Origin: Eubacteriales bacterium
GTDB taxonomy: Bacteria; Bacillota; Clostridia; Oscillospirales; JAAYXM01
DNA: 53,115 nt
Reading direction: 5' to 3'
NCBI GenBank assembly: GCA_045614365.1
Contig: JAZLCV010000050.1
Span: 1-53,115, forward strand
Positions 35,535 to 44,094 of this stretch are shown here, in pieces. Position 1 is the first letter of the stretch; each line of letters starts with the position of its first letter. Position numbers and translations under genes: made by a program. A model generated the notes under the pieces. That model was not told where the DNA came from. It made no database searches and worked only from the letters and a program-made list of their open reading frames with translations.

Positions 35535-36974
35535 CTATCTCCCGAAAAATTCGTTTACTATCTCACGCTCATCCATATGATGCTTTACGTGGTCTATTTC
35601 CTGATATGTTTCATGACCTTTTCCTGCAAGCACAACTATATCGCCCTTCTGTGCTATGGAAAGCGCACGGAAAATCGCTTCACGTCTGTCCGTAACGCGT
35701 TCGTAATCCGATGTAACTTCTTCTATTCCCGGAATTATGTCGTCAATAATGGAATCCGGATTTTCCGTTCGGGGATTATCGGATGTAACAATAACGAGAT
35801 CTGCATACTCCGCGGCAATTCTCCCCATCTTCGGGCGCTTTGTTGCATCACGGTCACCGCCGCATCCAAACACGGCAATAACGCGTCCCTGCGCTATCTC
35901 ACGCACAGTTTTTAAAATATTCTCAAGACCGTCCGGTGAATGAGCATAGTCTATCATAACGGTGTAATCAGTATCCGTCGGTACAACCTCCGCACGCCCC
36001 TTAACACCTTCTATCCCGCGAAGGGCCGCACTTATCTGCGGAAGCGAAAGTCCGAGTGCAAGCAGAACGCTTGATGCACACAGAGCATTATAAACCGAGA
36101 ACTTCCCCGGGATGTTCATCTCTATTCTTCCGATGGTATCAATCCCCACCAGCTCAAACTCGACAGATGCCGTCTTCGTGCGTATGTTTTTTGCAACATA
36201 ATCCGCGCTGTTGTCCTTTGCAGAAAATGTCACAGCGCGGCACGGCACGTTTTTCGCCATACGCTGCCCGGCTTCGTCGTCATAGTTGATTACGGCAACC
36301 TTACTCTGCTCAAAAAGCTTTTTCTTTGCCGCTTCGTATTTTTCCATCGTCTTGTGAAAATCAAGGTGATCTTGGGTAAGATTGGTAAAAGCACCAACAT
36401 CATACTCTATGCCGAAAACACGTGAAAGCTCCAGTGAATGAGAAGAAACCTCCATTATAACGTGAGTACACCCGGCATCACGCATCTGAGCAAAAAGTGC
36501 CCACAGCTCGTGCGACTCCGGAGTTGTTCTCTCTGTCGGAAGCACGGTGTTCCCGATCATATTCTGATTGGTGCCGATAAGTCCGCACACCGCACCGTTT
36601 TCTTCAAGCACGCGCTTTATGAGGTATGTCACCGTAGTTTTTCCGTTGGTTCCGGTAATTCCTATCATCTTCATATCGCGCGCAGGATTTCCGTAGAAAT
36701 TCTTGGCCGTCACGGCAAGTGCACGTCTTGCATCCTTCACAAGAATCATATTTTCGCCCGGTGCATCCTTTTTATCTGTAATAAACGCACACGCGCCTTT
36801 TTCAAACGCAGATTTTATATATTTATTCCCGTCCGTCTCAAAGCCGCGTATGGCAACAAAGACGGTGTCTTTCCCCACTTTGCGCGAATCACACTCAACA
36901 CCGCTCACTTCGGTGTCGAAATCCACATCAGATGACAGCACTTCAATGCCGTTTAGTATGTCGCGAAGTTTCAT
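35535..36974 (-). CDS. murE: UDP-N-acetylmuramoyl-L-alanyl-D-glutamate--2,6-diaminopimelate (or L-Lys) ligase
   Basis: Motifs: GITGTNGKTT, EVSSHSL, DYAHSPD, and GGDRDATKRPKMG (DNPR-type region SDNPRTE). Confidence 0.93.
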   Translation of the reverse strand: MKLRDILNGIEVLSSDVDFDTEVSGVECDSRKVGKDTVFVAIRGFETDGNKYIKSAFEKGACAFITDKKDAPGENMILVKDARRALAVTAKNFYGNPARDMKMIGITGTNGKTTVTYLIKRVLEENGAVCGLIGTNQNMIGNTVLPTERTTPESHELWALFAQMRDAGCTHVIMEVSSHSLELSRVFGIEYDVGAFTNLTQDHLDFHKTMEKYEAAKKKLFEQSKVAVINYDDEAGQRMAKNVPCRAVTFSAKDNSADYVAKNIRTKTASVEFELVGIDTIGRIEMNIPGKFSVYNALCASSVLLALGLSLPQISAALRGIEGVKGRAEVVPTDTDYTVMIDYAHSPDGLENILKTVREIAQGRVIAVFGCGGDRDATKRPKMGRIAAEYADLVIVTSDNPRTENPDSIIDDIIPGIEEVTSDYERVTDRREAIFRALSIAQKGDIVVLAGKGHETYQEIDHVKHHMDEREIVNEFFGR

Positions 36975-37001
36975 AAGACTTACTCTGCCTTTCTTTTAAT
37001 T

Positions 37002-39263
37002 TTACCGTGAGATTCCCTCGGATACACCGGCGATATCATAAAACTCTACCGATACCACGGTGCCTTTCTTGAGTTTTGTTCCTTCGGGATATTGCTGTTT
37101 TGTTGCGCCTACGGCAGACGAACGCTCGGAAACCGCGCCGTTTGCCTTCATATACAATCCGGCATTTGTCAGCACCTTGTTTGCAGATTCCGGAGTCATA
37201 CCGATGACATTCGGCATTTCCACCTGCTCACTTTCCGCTTTGCCGCCCATATATACAACAATTGTTGAGTTTTTAGGAATCTTCGAGCCTTCTGCCGGAA
37301 GCTGGTCCGTACAGACGCTGCCATCCCCCACCGTTTTTATGGTAAACGATGAATAATTGCGATTTGTGCTGAGAAGCTTATTCACACCCTCACTCGTTCC
37401 ACCGATAAGGTTTGGCATTGTTACCTCTGCACCAACAAGCTCATCTGCCGTGTATGTCGGTTCAAAACCGAGATACGGAAGAATTTCACCGAAAACCTTA
37501 CCCGCTACCGGAGCCGCAAGCTGGCTTCCTTCAAGATATATACCGCGCGGAGTATCAAGCATTACGAGAATTGCAATTTCCGGATCTTCCATCGGTGCAA
37601 CACCGAAGAAGGAAGCAATGTACTTTTTCCCCTCTTCCGCCGTATATTCGTCAACCTTTTCGGAAGTACCTGTTTTTCCGCCTATTCTGTAACCGGAAAC
37701 CCGGGCATTCTTACCGGTTCCCGTTGCAACAGTCTCTTCAATTGATGCATTTATAAAATCGGAGGTCTTTTCAGATATTATCTGGCGTACGATCTCTGCC
37801 TCGTTCTTTTTGATGACAATACCGTTATCATCCACTATTTCCTTTACTATATGCGGCTTCATAAGCTTTCCGTCATTTACCACCGCACCTACGGCACACA
37901 CGATCTGCATCGGTGTTACCTTAAACGTCTGTCCGAACGAAGCAACCGCAAGGCTTACTTTATTCTTGGGATTTTTGAAATCCTTCTCGTTAAAGAAGTA
38001 ACCGCCGGCTTCACCGATAAGGTCGACACCTGTTTTATCAAGAAGTCCGAAGCCCTCACAGTAGTTATAGAACTTTTCATTGCCTATCCTTGCCGCAATG
38101 TTCATAAGCGCACAGTTACAGGACTTTTCAAGCGCCTGTGAAAGCGAGACATTTCCGTGTCCTTCGCGCTTCCAGCAGTGAATTGTTCTGTCGGCAACAC
38201 GAAGTCCGCCCGGACAGCTGAAGGAGGAATTTTCATTTACAACGCCTTCCTCATATCCCATCGCTACCGTAAGTATCTTGAAAACAGAGCCCGGCTCATA
38301 TGCATCGGAAATAAACTTATTTCTCCACGAAGCCTGAAGCTCATTCGATCGCACGGTCTTTTTCTCATCCTCGGTCGCTTCTTCGATTCTTTTAAGCGCC
38401 TCGGGGTCTGTTATTTCAAAAGGTGCATTCAGGTCAAAATCCCCGTAGGTTGCCATAGCAAGAATTTCACCTGTTTTTATGTTATAAACTATTCCGGCGC
38501 CGCGGTTTTCAATTTTCCCGTCAACAACTGCCGTGCGAAGGTGATTTTCAAGCACCTGCTGAATTGTTTCATCAATCGTAAGAACGATATTCTGCCCATT
38601 CTGAGCATCGTGATATTCCTCATACTGGAACGACATATCCGTTCCGCGTGCATTTTTTGCCGCGATAACTCTTCCGGGCATACCTTTAAGGACATTTTCA
38701 TATTTCATTTCAATGCCGAAAAGTCCCGTGTTGTCATCGCCGCAAAAGCCGATAACCTGCGAAGCGAAGCTTCCGTAAGGATAATAACGCTTTGTATCCT
38801 CGGCAAGGTGAATCCCCTTCACACCGTGCTCTTTTATCTGTTCACGGAGCTTTGTTGCAGCTTCAATGTCTATCTTCTTTTTTATTACCTGATAATAGCT
38901 CTTTTTATTCTCCGTTTTCTTCAAAACGTCGTCATATTCAAGTTCAAGCGTTTCTGAGAGGATTTTTGCAACAGTGCGTGCATCCTCCTCAGTCTCCATT
39001 TCCGCCGGAGATATGAATACCGTTTCCGCAGTTGCGCTGACAGCAACCTCTTTCATATTACGGTCATAGATAACTCCGCGTTTCGGAGTGATAACCGTAT
39101 CACGGGTCTGCTGTTCTATCGCCATTGACTGATACTTCTTGTATTCAAAAAGCTGAATTTTTACAAGTGCCGCCGCAAGAGGCAGAAAGCCTACCGTAAG
39201 GCACAAAATCATACATATTATTATTCTTCCGAGTATTTTGTTTGACGGTCCTTTTCTCGCCAC
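37002..39263 (-). CDS. Class B penicillin-binding protein (FtsI/PBP2B/SpoVD type) with two C-terminal PASTA domains
   Basis: An N-terminal TM and a dimerisation domain. Transpeptidase motifs are SVFK (SxxK), SCN (SxN) and KTGT. There are two PASTA-like repeats (VTMPNLIGGTSEGV...; VEMPNVIGMTPESA...). Confidence 0.9.
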   Translation of the reverse strand: MARKGPSNKILGRIIICMILCLTVGFLPLAAALVKIQLFEYKKYQSMAIEQQTRDTVITPKRGVIYDRNMKEVAVSATAETVFISPAEMETEEDARTVAKILSETLELEYDDVLKKTENKKSYYQVIKKKIDIEAATKLREQIKEHGVKGIHLAEDTKRYYPYGSFASQVIGFCGDDNTGLFGIEMKYENVLKGMPGRVIAAKNARGTDMSFQYEEYHDAQNGQNIVLTIDETIQQVLENHLRTAVVDGKIENRGAGIVYNIKTGEILAMATYGDFDLNAPFEITDPEALKRIEEATEDEKKTVRSNELQASWRNKFISDAYEPGSVFKILTVAMGYEEGVVNENSSFSCPGGLRVADRTIHCWKREGHGNVSLSQALEKSCNCALMNIAARIGNEKFYNYCEGFGLLDKTGVDLIGEAGGYFFNEKDFKNPKNKVSLAVASFGQTFKVTPMQIVCAVGAVVNDGKLMKPHIVKEIVDDNGIVIKKNEAEIVRQIISEKTSDFINASIEETVATGTGKNARVSGYRIGGKTGTSEKVDEYTAEEGKKYIASFFGVAPMEDPEIAILVMLDTPRGIYLEGSQLAAPVAGKVFGEILPYLGFEPTYTADELVGAEVTMPNLIGGTSEGVNKLLSTNRNYSSFTIKTVGDGSVCTDQLPAEGSKIPKNSTIVVYMGGKAESEQVEMPNVIGMTPESANKVLTNAGLYMKANGAVSERSSAVGATKQQYPEGTKLKKGTVVSVEFYDIAGVSEGISR

Positions 39264-39355
39264 TATGTATCACCCCGACTATATAAAGATGCGGAGAATG
39301 CAAAATTACAAACTCCGCTGATAATCCTTGCCTATAATTTATATTGTGGACACCG

Positions 39356-39853
39356 TCAATTTATGTATTCAATAACCGTTGAAAAGCCTTTTGCGAGTCC
39401 TGCGACAAGCTTTGATGTGTTCTCCTGCTTTTCCTCGCCTATCTCAAAGCGGTCTCCTCCGGATGTAGAGACATAGGTTATCTGTGACTTGTCAATTTTG
39501 CTCATACCAAGCTTTGTAACTGCCCAATCGCGCACCTGAAGCGCACCCATACGCTGATTGCGGCTTACCTCAAGCATCTGCACCTGCTCGCGCAGATCCT
39601 CAAGCTCTGCCTCACGGCGGCGGTTGATATCAGATGCTTCCGTAAGGTGAACGTATGAATAAAGAAGGGCGATAAGCATTACAAAAACAACCACTCCGCA
39701 AAAAACGGAAAATCCGCTGATTTGCGGTCTTGCTTTTGCACGAGCTGCGCTTTTTGCAGCTGTACGCGCCTTTGCCCCCTTTTCTTTTACATTTTCTCTG
39801 CGGTCAAATCTTGAAAGGTCGTATACGGGTTTACTTTTAGCTACTGCCTGCAT
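39356..39853 (-). CDS. ftsL: FtsL-like bitopic division protein
   Basis: It lies between rsmH and the pbp gene. It has one TM (FSVFCGVVVFVMLIALLY) followed by a coiled coil. The start is set at ATG 39853; the track start at 39970 overlaps rsmH. Confidence 0.6.
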   Translation of the reverse strand: MQAVAKSKPVYDLSRFDRRENVKEKGAKARTAAKSAARAKARPQISGFSVFCGVVVFVMLIALLYSYVHLTEASDINRRREAELEDLREQVQMLEVSRNQRMGALQVRDWAVTKLGMSKIDKSQITYVSTSGGDRFEIGEEKQENTSKLVAGLAKGFSTVIEYIN

Positions 39854-39873
39854 ATCCTTTTGCCTTTCCTTTC

Positions 39874-40791
39874 TTACAAGCGCTGTGCAACCCGGACCTT
39901 TGCCGAGCGTGAGCGCGGATTTTTTTCTACTTCTTCTTCGCTTGGGAGAATCGGTTTGTTCGATACGCACTTAAGCGTAGGAACCTTACCGCAGACACAA
40001 ACCGGAAGCGACGGTGGACATGTACACGGCTTTTCCGCTTTCCGGAAAGCGTGCTTAACAAGCCTGTCTTCCAGAGAATGGAACGTGATTATCACCGCAC
40101 GTCCGTTTCTATTCAGCATATCGGGAAGAGAATCAAGAAATTTTTCAATTTCTCCGAGTTCATCATTCACTGCAATTCTCAGTCCCTGAAAGCTTCGCTT
40201 TGCAGGATGCTGCTTTTCGCGAAGCGCTGCAGCCGGCATTGCCGATCTGATAATTTCAACAAGCTGTGACGTTGTTGTAATCTCACATTTTTCCCTCTCG
40301 CGAACAATTGCCGATGCAATTTTTCCGGCATATCTTTCCTCTCCATATTCCGAAAGTATGCGCCGAAGCTCTTCAAAGCTCCTTCCATTGACAATATCGC
40401 GAGCGGTAAGCGAACTTTCTCTATCCATTCTCATATCAAGAGGACCGTCCGCCATATATGAAAAGCCACGTTCGGCTTCATCAAGCTGAGGCGACGAAAC
40501 ACCGAGGTCAAGAAGTATTCCGTCCGCCTTTTCCAATACCAGTGACGGTATATCGCAAAAATCGCCTTTTATAAATTCCACATTTTCAAACTCGGCAAAT
40601 TCTCTTTTGCCGTATTCTATCGCCGTGCTGTCGCGGTCTATGCAGATAAGTCTGCCCGTGGTGAGCCGTTTTGCTATTTCCCTTGAATGGCCGCCGCGCC
40701 CGAATGTTCCGTCAATATAAAGTCCATCCGGTCTTATATCCAGCATATCAAGACATTCATTAAGCATAACGGGAAAATGAAGCTCGTACAT
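39874..40791 (-). CDS. rsmH: 16S rRNA (cytosine1402-N4)-methyltransferase
   Basis: Motifs: HFPVMLNE, YIDGTFGRGGHS, LLDLGVSSPQLD, ITFHSLEDR. Confidence 0.95.
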   Translation of the reverse strand: MYELHFPVMLNECLDMLDIRPDGLYIDGTFGRGGHSREIAKRLTTGRLICIDRDSTAIEYGKREFAEFENVEFIKGDFCDIPSLVLEKADGILLDLGVSSPQLDEAERGFSYMADGPLDMRMDRESSLTARDIVNGRSFEELRRILSEYGEERYAGKIASAIVREREKCEITTTSQLVEIIRSAMPAAALREKQHPAKRSFQGLRIAVNDELGEIEKFLDSLPDMLNRNGRAVIITFHSLEDRLVKHAFRKAEKPCTCPPSLPVCVCGKVPTLKCVSNKPILPSEEEVEKNPRSRSAKVRVAQRL

Positions 40792-40793
40792 CG

Positions 40794-41204
40794 TTATATC
40801 CCCGCTTCATCCATCACATCCATAATATAATCAGATGTGAGATTCTGAGCATTCCATTCTTCCTCTGACCAGATTTCAAGATGGTCAATCATACCAACGA
40901 TAACAAGATTCTTATCAAGAGCCGCATACGCGCGAAGCTTTGCAGGAACAAGAATACGCCCTTGCCCGTCAAGCTCCATATCCTGAGACGGAGCGACGAA
41001 GAAGAGCTGGAGCTCACGCGATTTGCGGGTGGGGAGCGACTTTATCTTTTCTTCAAAAAGAGCCCACTCCGAAAGGGGATATGCCGCAAGGCACTTCCCG
41101 AGGCCCTTTGTAAGGACGAAGCTGCAACCAAGCTCCGTGCGGAATTTTGACGGAATAAAAAGCCTTCCCTTATCGTCTATTACGTGTGCATATTCGCCTC
41201 TCAC
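40794..41204 (-). CDS. mraZ: Transcriptional regulator MraZ
   Basis: Two SpoVT/AbrB-like halves are present: DDKGRLFIPSKFR and DGQGRILVPAKLR. GTG 41204 follows GGAGGTG by 5 nt. Confidence 0.93.
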   Translation of the reverse strand: MRGEYAHVIDDKGRLFIPSKFRTELGCSFVLTKGLGKCLAAYPLSEWALFEEKIKSLPTRKSRELQLFFVAPSQDMELDGQGRILVPAKLRAYAALDKNLVIVGMIDHLEIWSEEEWNAQNLTSDYIMDVMDEAGI

Positions 41205-41212
41205 AGCTTCAC

Positions 41213-41238
41213 CTCCATTTTAAACCACTTCACACCAC
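41213..41238 (-). promoter_or_regulatory. Candidate MraZ operator: direct GTGGT/TGGAG repeats in the mraZ leader
   Basis: The minus strand reads cTGTGGTgtgaaGTGGTttaaaaTGGAGgtg. GTGGT lies at 41234-41238 and 41224-41228, exactly 10 nt apart. TGGAG lies at 41213-41217, 11 nt further on, overlapping the SD. All three sit between the -10 and the start codon. Confidence 0.55.
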
Positions 41239-41249
41239 AGTGTATTTAT

Positions 41250-41278
41250 ATTATAAACGCATTCTTTCAAAAATGCAA
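41250..41278 (-). promoter_or_regulatory. Sigma-A-type promoter of the dcw operon (P-mraZ)
   Basis: On the minus strand: TTGCAT (41273-41278), 17 nt, TATAAT (41250-41255). Confidence 0.6.
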
Positions 41279-41344
41279 TAGTTTTTTTAAAATTTCATTA
41301 CACTTTTTTCGATTTTTTTGTAACCAAACTGAAACATTAGAGAG

Positions 41345-41400
41345 TTTTCCACATTTTCCAAAGATTTTTCCACAGATTTGCCGTGGTGGAAAGTGGTGGA
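41345..41400. promoter_or_regulatory. Second cluster of GTGG-type repeats between the mraZ and alarmone-synthetase promoters
   Basis: Plus strand: TTTTCCAC (41345-52), TTTTCCAA (41354-61), TTTTCCAC (41366-73). These are GTGGAAAA boxes on the minus strand. They are followed by GTGGTGGA-aa-GTGGTGGA (41383-90 and 41393-400, 10-nt period). TTTCCAC-N12-GTGGAAA forms a dyad. Confidence 0.45.
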
Positions 41401-41457
41401 TAAAAACACCAAATCACTCTTCCCGTCGTTTTTTATCGAAAATTTACACAGCGTTCA

Positions 41458-41491
41458 TTGACTTTTCCATTGTACAGTGCTAATGTATAAT
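41458..41491 (+). promoter_or_regulatory. Possible promoter of the alarmone synthetase gene
   Basis: TTGACT (41458-63), 17 nt, TAATGT (41481-86), overlapping a TATAAT at 41486-91 whose spacing is poor (22 nt). The -35 is overlapped by another TTTTCCA box (41464-70). Confidence 0.35.
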
Positions 41492-41521
41492 ATATAATAA
41501 AACATTCTAACGGAGGAATAT

Positions 41522-42211
41522 ATGCCAACTTTAACGCCGGTTTTAAACGAAAATGACAAAAAACTTTTGCACAGTTTTCTGGATACCCCCGAAAAAGCAA
41601 GCGAAGTCAGACATACAATGGAATCATTCTCAAAACTTATGGCTTACTATAAATGCGCAATGATGGAAATCGAAACAAAATTCAACGTACTCAACGAAGA
41701 GTTTTCCCTGCGCTATGACCGTACACCTATAAGCAGTATAAAAACGCGCCTCAAGCGCCTTGACAGTATCATCGAGAAACTACGACGTGCAGGTACACCT
41801 ATTTCTCTCACTTCAATGGAAGAAAACCTCAACGACATCGCCGGAGTCCGCATAACCTGTTCTTTTGTCGACGACGTGTATATGCTTGCCGACGCTCTCA
41901 CCTCGCAAGATGATATCACACTCATAAAAACGAAGGACTACATAAAGAACCCAAAGCCAAACGGATACAGAAGCCTGCACCTCATCATCTCCGTGCCAAT
42001 ATTTTTGTTGCACGAAAAAAAGCAGATGAAGGTGGAAATTCAGTTCCGTACAATAGCAATGGATTCATGGGCAGCATTAGAGCATCAGCTCAAATACAAA
42101 AAAGATACAGAATTCACCGATGAAATGGCAAAAGATCTGTACCTTTGTTCACAACTCAGCGCAGAGCTTGATTCAAGGATGAATAACCTGCGACAAAAAG
42201 TTAATATATAA
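41522..42211 (+). CDS. Small alarmone synthetase (RelQ/RelP/YjbM-YwaC family GTP pyrophosphokinase)
   Basis: 229 aa, a single RelA_SpoT synthetase domain: SIKTRLKRLDSIIEKL, DIAGVRITC, KPNGYRSLHLII, EIQFRTIAMDSWA. GGAGG lies 5 nt before the ATG. Confidence 0.9.
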   Translation: MPTLTPVLNENDKKLLHSFLDTPEKASEVRHTMESFSKLMAYYKCAMMEIETKFNVLNEEFSLRYDRTPISSIKTRLKRLDSIIEKLRRAGTPISLTSMEENLNDIAGVRITCSFVDDVYMLADALTSQDDITLIKTKDYIKNPKPNGYRSLHLIISVPIFLLHEKKQMKVEIQFRTIAMDSWAALEHQLKYKKDTEFTDEMAKDLYLCSQLSAELDSRMNNLRQKVNI

Positions 42212-42222
42212 AAGTACATAAA

Positions 42223-42255
42223 ACAACCGCAAAAGCTACCTGCTTTTGCGGTTGT
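42223..42255. terminator. Bidirectional intrinsic terminator (alarmone synthetase / nagB convergent pair)
   Basis: ACAACCGCAAAAGC-tacct-GCTTTTGCGGTTGT, a 14-bp stem. Confidence 0.8.
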
Positions 42256-42275
42256 CGAACTTTTCAAATATTTAA

Positions 42276-43043
42276 TTACTTAACAAGCTTAGCGCTGTCC
42301 GGCTCGATGTAGAGCGTTGCAGCATCGTGTGTACGAAGGATAGTTGCCGGGCACTTCTCATTGATCTCAGTGTTGTAGATGGTGTCATGAACAGCCTGAG
42401 CCTTTGTAGCAGCCGGAACCATGCAGAATACGTACTTCGGACGCATAAGTGCCGGAACAGTAAGAGAAAGAGCATGTGTCGGGACATCATCAAGCTTTTC
42501 AAAGCAACCGTCGTTAACCTGCTGCTGACGGCAGACGAGGTCAAGCTGAACAACCTTAACAAGCTTCGGGTCGTTAAAGTCAGCTACTGGCGGCTCATTG
42601 AATGCGATGTGACCGTCCTCCCCGATACCCATGCAAACGATGTCTGTCGGGTTCTCTTCGAGGAGCTTGGAGTAACGTGCGCACTCTGCCTCAGGATCCT
42701 TTGCGGAGCAATCGAGGTAGTTGACGGACTTGAACGGAACCTGACCGAAAAGTCTGTCACGGAGGAAGTTACCAAAGCCCTGCGGTGCATCAGCAGAAAG
42801 GCCTATGTACTCATCCATATGGAATGCGTTGATGCGGGAGAAGTCGATGCTCTTGTCGTTCTTAAGAGTTTCAAGGAACTCATTCTGAGACGGAGCAGCA
42901 GCGAAAATCATATTGATTTCGTCCTTCTCTGCGAGAAGTTTCTTTATTGCAGCAACAGTATCAGCTGCAGCAACAGCACCGAGTTCCGAGCGGGACTCGC
43001 AAAGCTTGATATTAAGCTTATCAGCTTTCATTTCTTTAATCAT
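42276..43043 (-). CDS. nagB: Glucosamine-6-phosphate deaminase/isomerase
   Basis: Motifs: FHMDEYIGL, MGIGEDGHIAFNEP. Confidence 0.8.
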   Translation of the reverse strand: MIKEMKADKLNIKLCESRSELGAVAAADTVAAIKKLLAEKDEINMIFAAAPSQNEFLETLKNDKSIDFSRINAFHMDEYIGLSADAPQGFGNFLRDRLFGQVPFKSVNYLDCSAKDPEAECARYSKLLEENPTDIVCMGIGEDGHIAFNEPPVADFNDPKLVKVVQLDLVCRQQQVNDGCFEKLDDVPTHALSLTVPALMRPKYVFCMVPAATKAQAVHDTIYNTEINEKCPATILRTHDAATLYIEPDSAKLVK

Positions 43044-43090
43044 TTTTATTCAACTCCTAAATTTTTAGTCAGTATAAGTCGCTATTTATT

Positions 43091-43119
43091 ATTTTATATG
43101 TAAATTGCTGCAATGTCAA
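43091..43119 (-). promoter_or_regulatory. Possible nagB promoter
   Basis: On the minus strand: TTGACA (43114-19), 17 nt, TAAAAT (43091-96). Confidence 0.4.
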
Positions 43120-43183
43120 GAAGAAAGTAGCTGTTTTAGTTTTTATTTATATCTGTTTCTTATGGTTATAAAAAAGCTATATC

Positions 43184-44077
43184 TCAAGGTATCAGCGTGC
43201 AACTCCGAACATTTCCGGAGCACACCGGTTGTGCAACAAATACGTCTGCATACCGCCTGACGAGCCTTCTTCTTACCCTTTCCGCTTCTTCGCGGTTTGT
43301 GAACATTCCGAACACAGCACTGCCGCTGCCCGTCATCGCCGCACAGAGCGCACCGTTTTGGAGAAGGGTTTCTTTTATACGTGAAATATCCCTTACGTCA
43401 GCAGACACAACCGGTTCAAAAACGTTGTACACATTCGCCGCAACTGATATAATATCTCCTCTTTCTATCGCAGAAAGCATTGCCGCAGTATCAGGATGCT
43501 TTTCTATCGGATGATTGTCAATTTCCGTGAAAACCGCTTTGGTTGACATTCCGCGAGCAGGCTTCGCTATAACGAAAAAGCAATCAGGAAGCGCCGGTAA
43601 ATCCGTCATAGCCTCTCCTTTGGCACACGCAAGCACCGTACCACCCATAAGACAGAATGGAACATCGGCGCCCACCGTAAGTCCGACTTCACACAACACT
43701 TCATCCGAAAGCGGGAAATCACATAGCTCATTGAGCAGCCTCAGCACTGCTGCACCGTCAGCACTGCCGCCCGCCATTCCGGCACTTGACGGTATCCGTT
43801 TTTCCACGGCAATTGCTATCCCGCCGCAGTCAATTCCGGTCGCAGTGAGAAACGCGCGCGCTGCCTTCACGGCAATATTGCGCTCATCATTCGGGATATA
43901 CGGTATATTGGATATGCACGATATGTCCCCGCCACAGCCTATTCTTACGGCAACGGAATCATAAAGTGATACACTTTGCATCACCATCTCAAGATCGTGG
44001 TAACCGTCATCAAGCAGTCCCAGAACATCAAGTGTTAAATTAAGCTTTGCATAAGCCTTTGCAAAACCGTATCTCAC
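43184..44077 (-). CDS. ispE: 4-(cytidine 5'-diphospho)-2-C-methyl-D-erythritol kinase
   Basis: N-terminus AKLNLTLDVLG..DGYHDLEMVMQSV. GHMP motif IPSSAGMAGGSADGAA. Confidence 0.9.
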   Translation of the reverse strand: MRYGFAKAYAKLNLTLDVLGLLDDGYHDLEMVMQSVSLYDSVAVRIGCGGDISCISNIPYIPNDERNIAVKAARAFLTATGIDCGGIAIAVEKRIPSSAGMAGGSADGAAVLRLLNELCDFPLSDEVLCEVGLTVGADVPFCLMGGTVLACAKGEAMTDLPALPDCFFVIAKPARGMSTKAVFTEIDNHPIEKHPDTAAMLSAIERGDIISVAANVYNVFEPVVSADVRDISRIKETLLQNGALCAAMTGSGSAVFGMFTNREEAERVRRRLVRRYADVFVAQPVCSGNVRSCTLIP

Positions 44078-44094
44078 AGTATCACACCCTCACA

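Noticed and set aside
35139-35915. A 258-aa plus-strand ORF spanning the murF/murE junction.
   Set aside because: It is antisense to two well-supported mur genes, has no SD, and has non-protein-like composition. It is a shadow ORF.
38157-38957. A 266-aa plus-strand ORF.
   Set aside because: It is antisense to the class B PBP gene, whose SxxK/SxN/KTG motifs validate the minus-strand frame. It is a shadow ORF.
42327-43103. A 258-aa plus-strand ORF covering nagB.
   Set aside because: It is antisense to nagB, which carries the diagnostic GIGEDGHIAFNEP. The plus strand here has a terminator before it and no promoter or SD.
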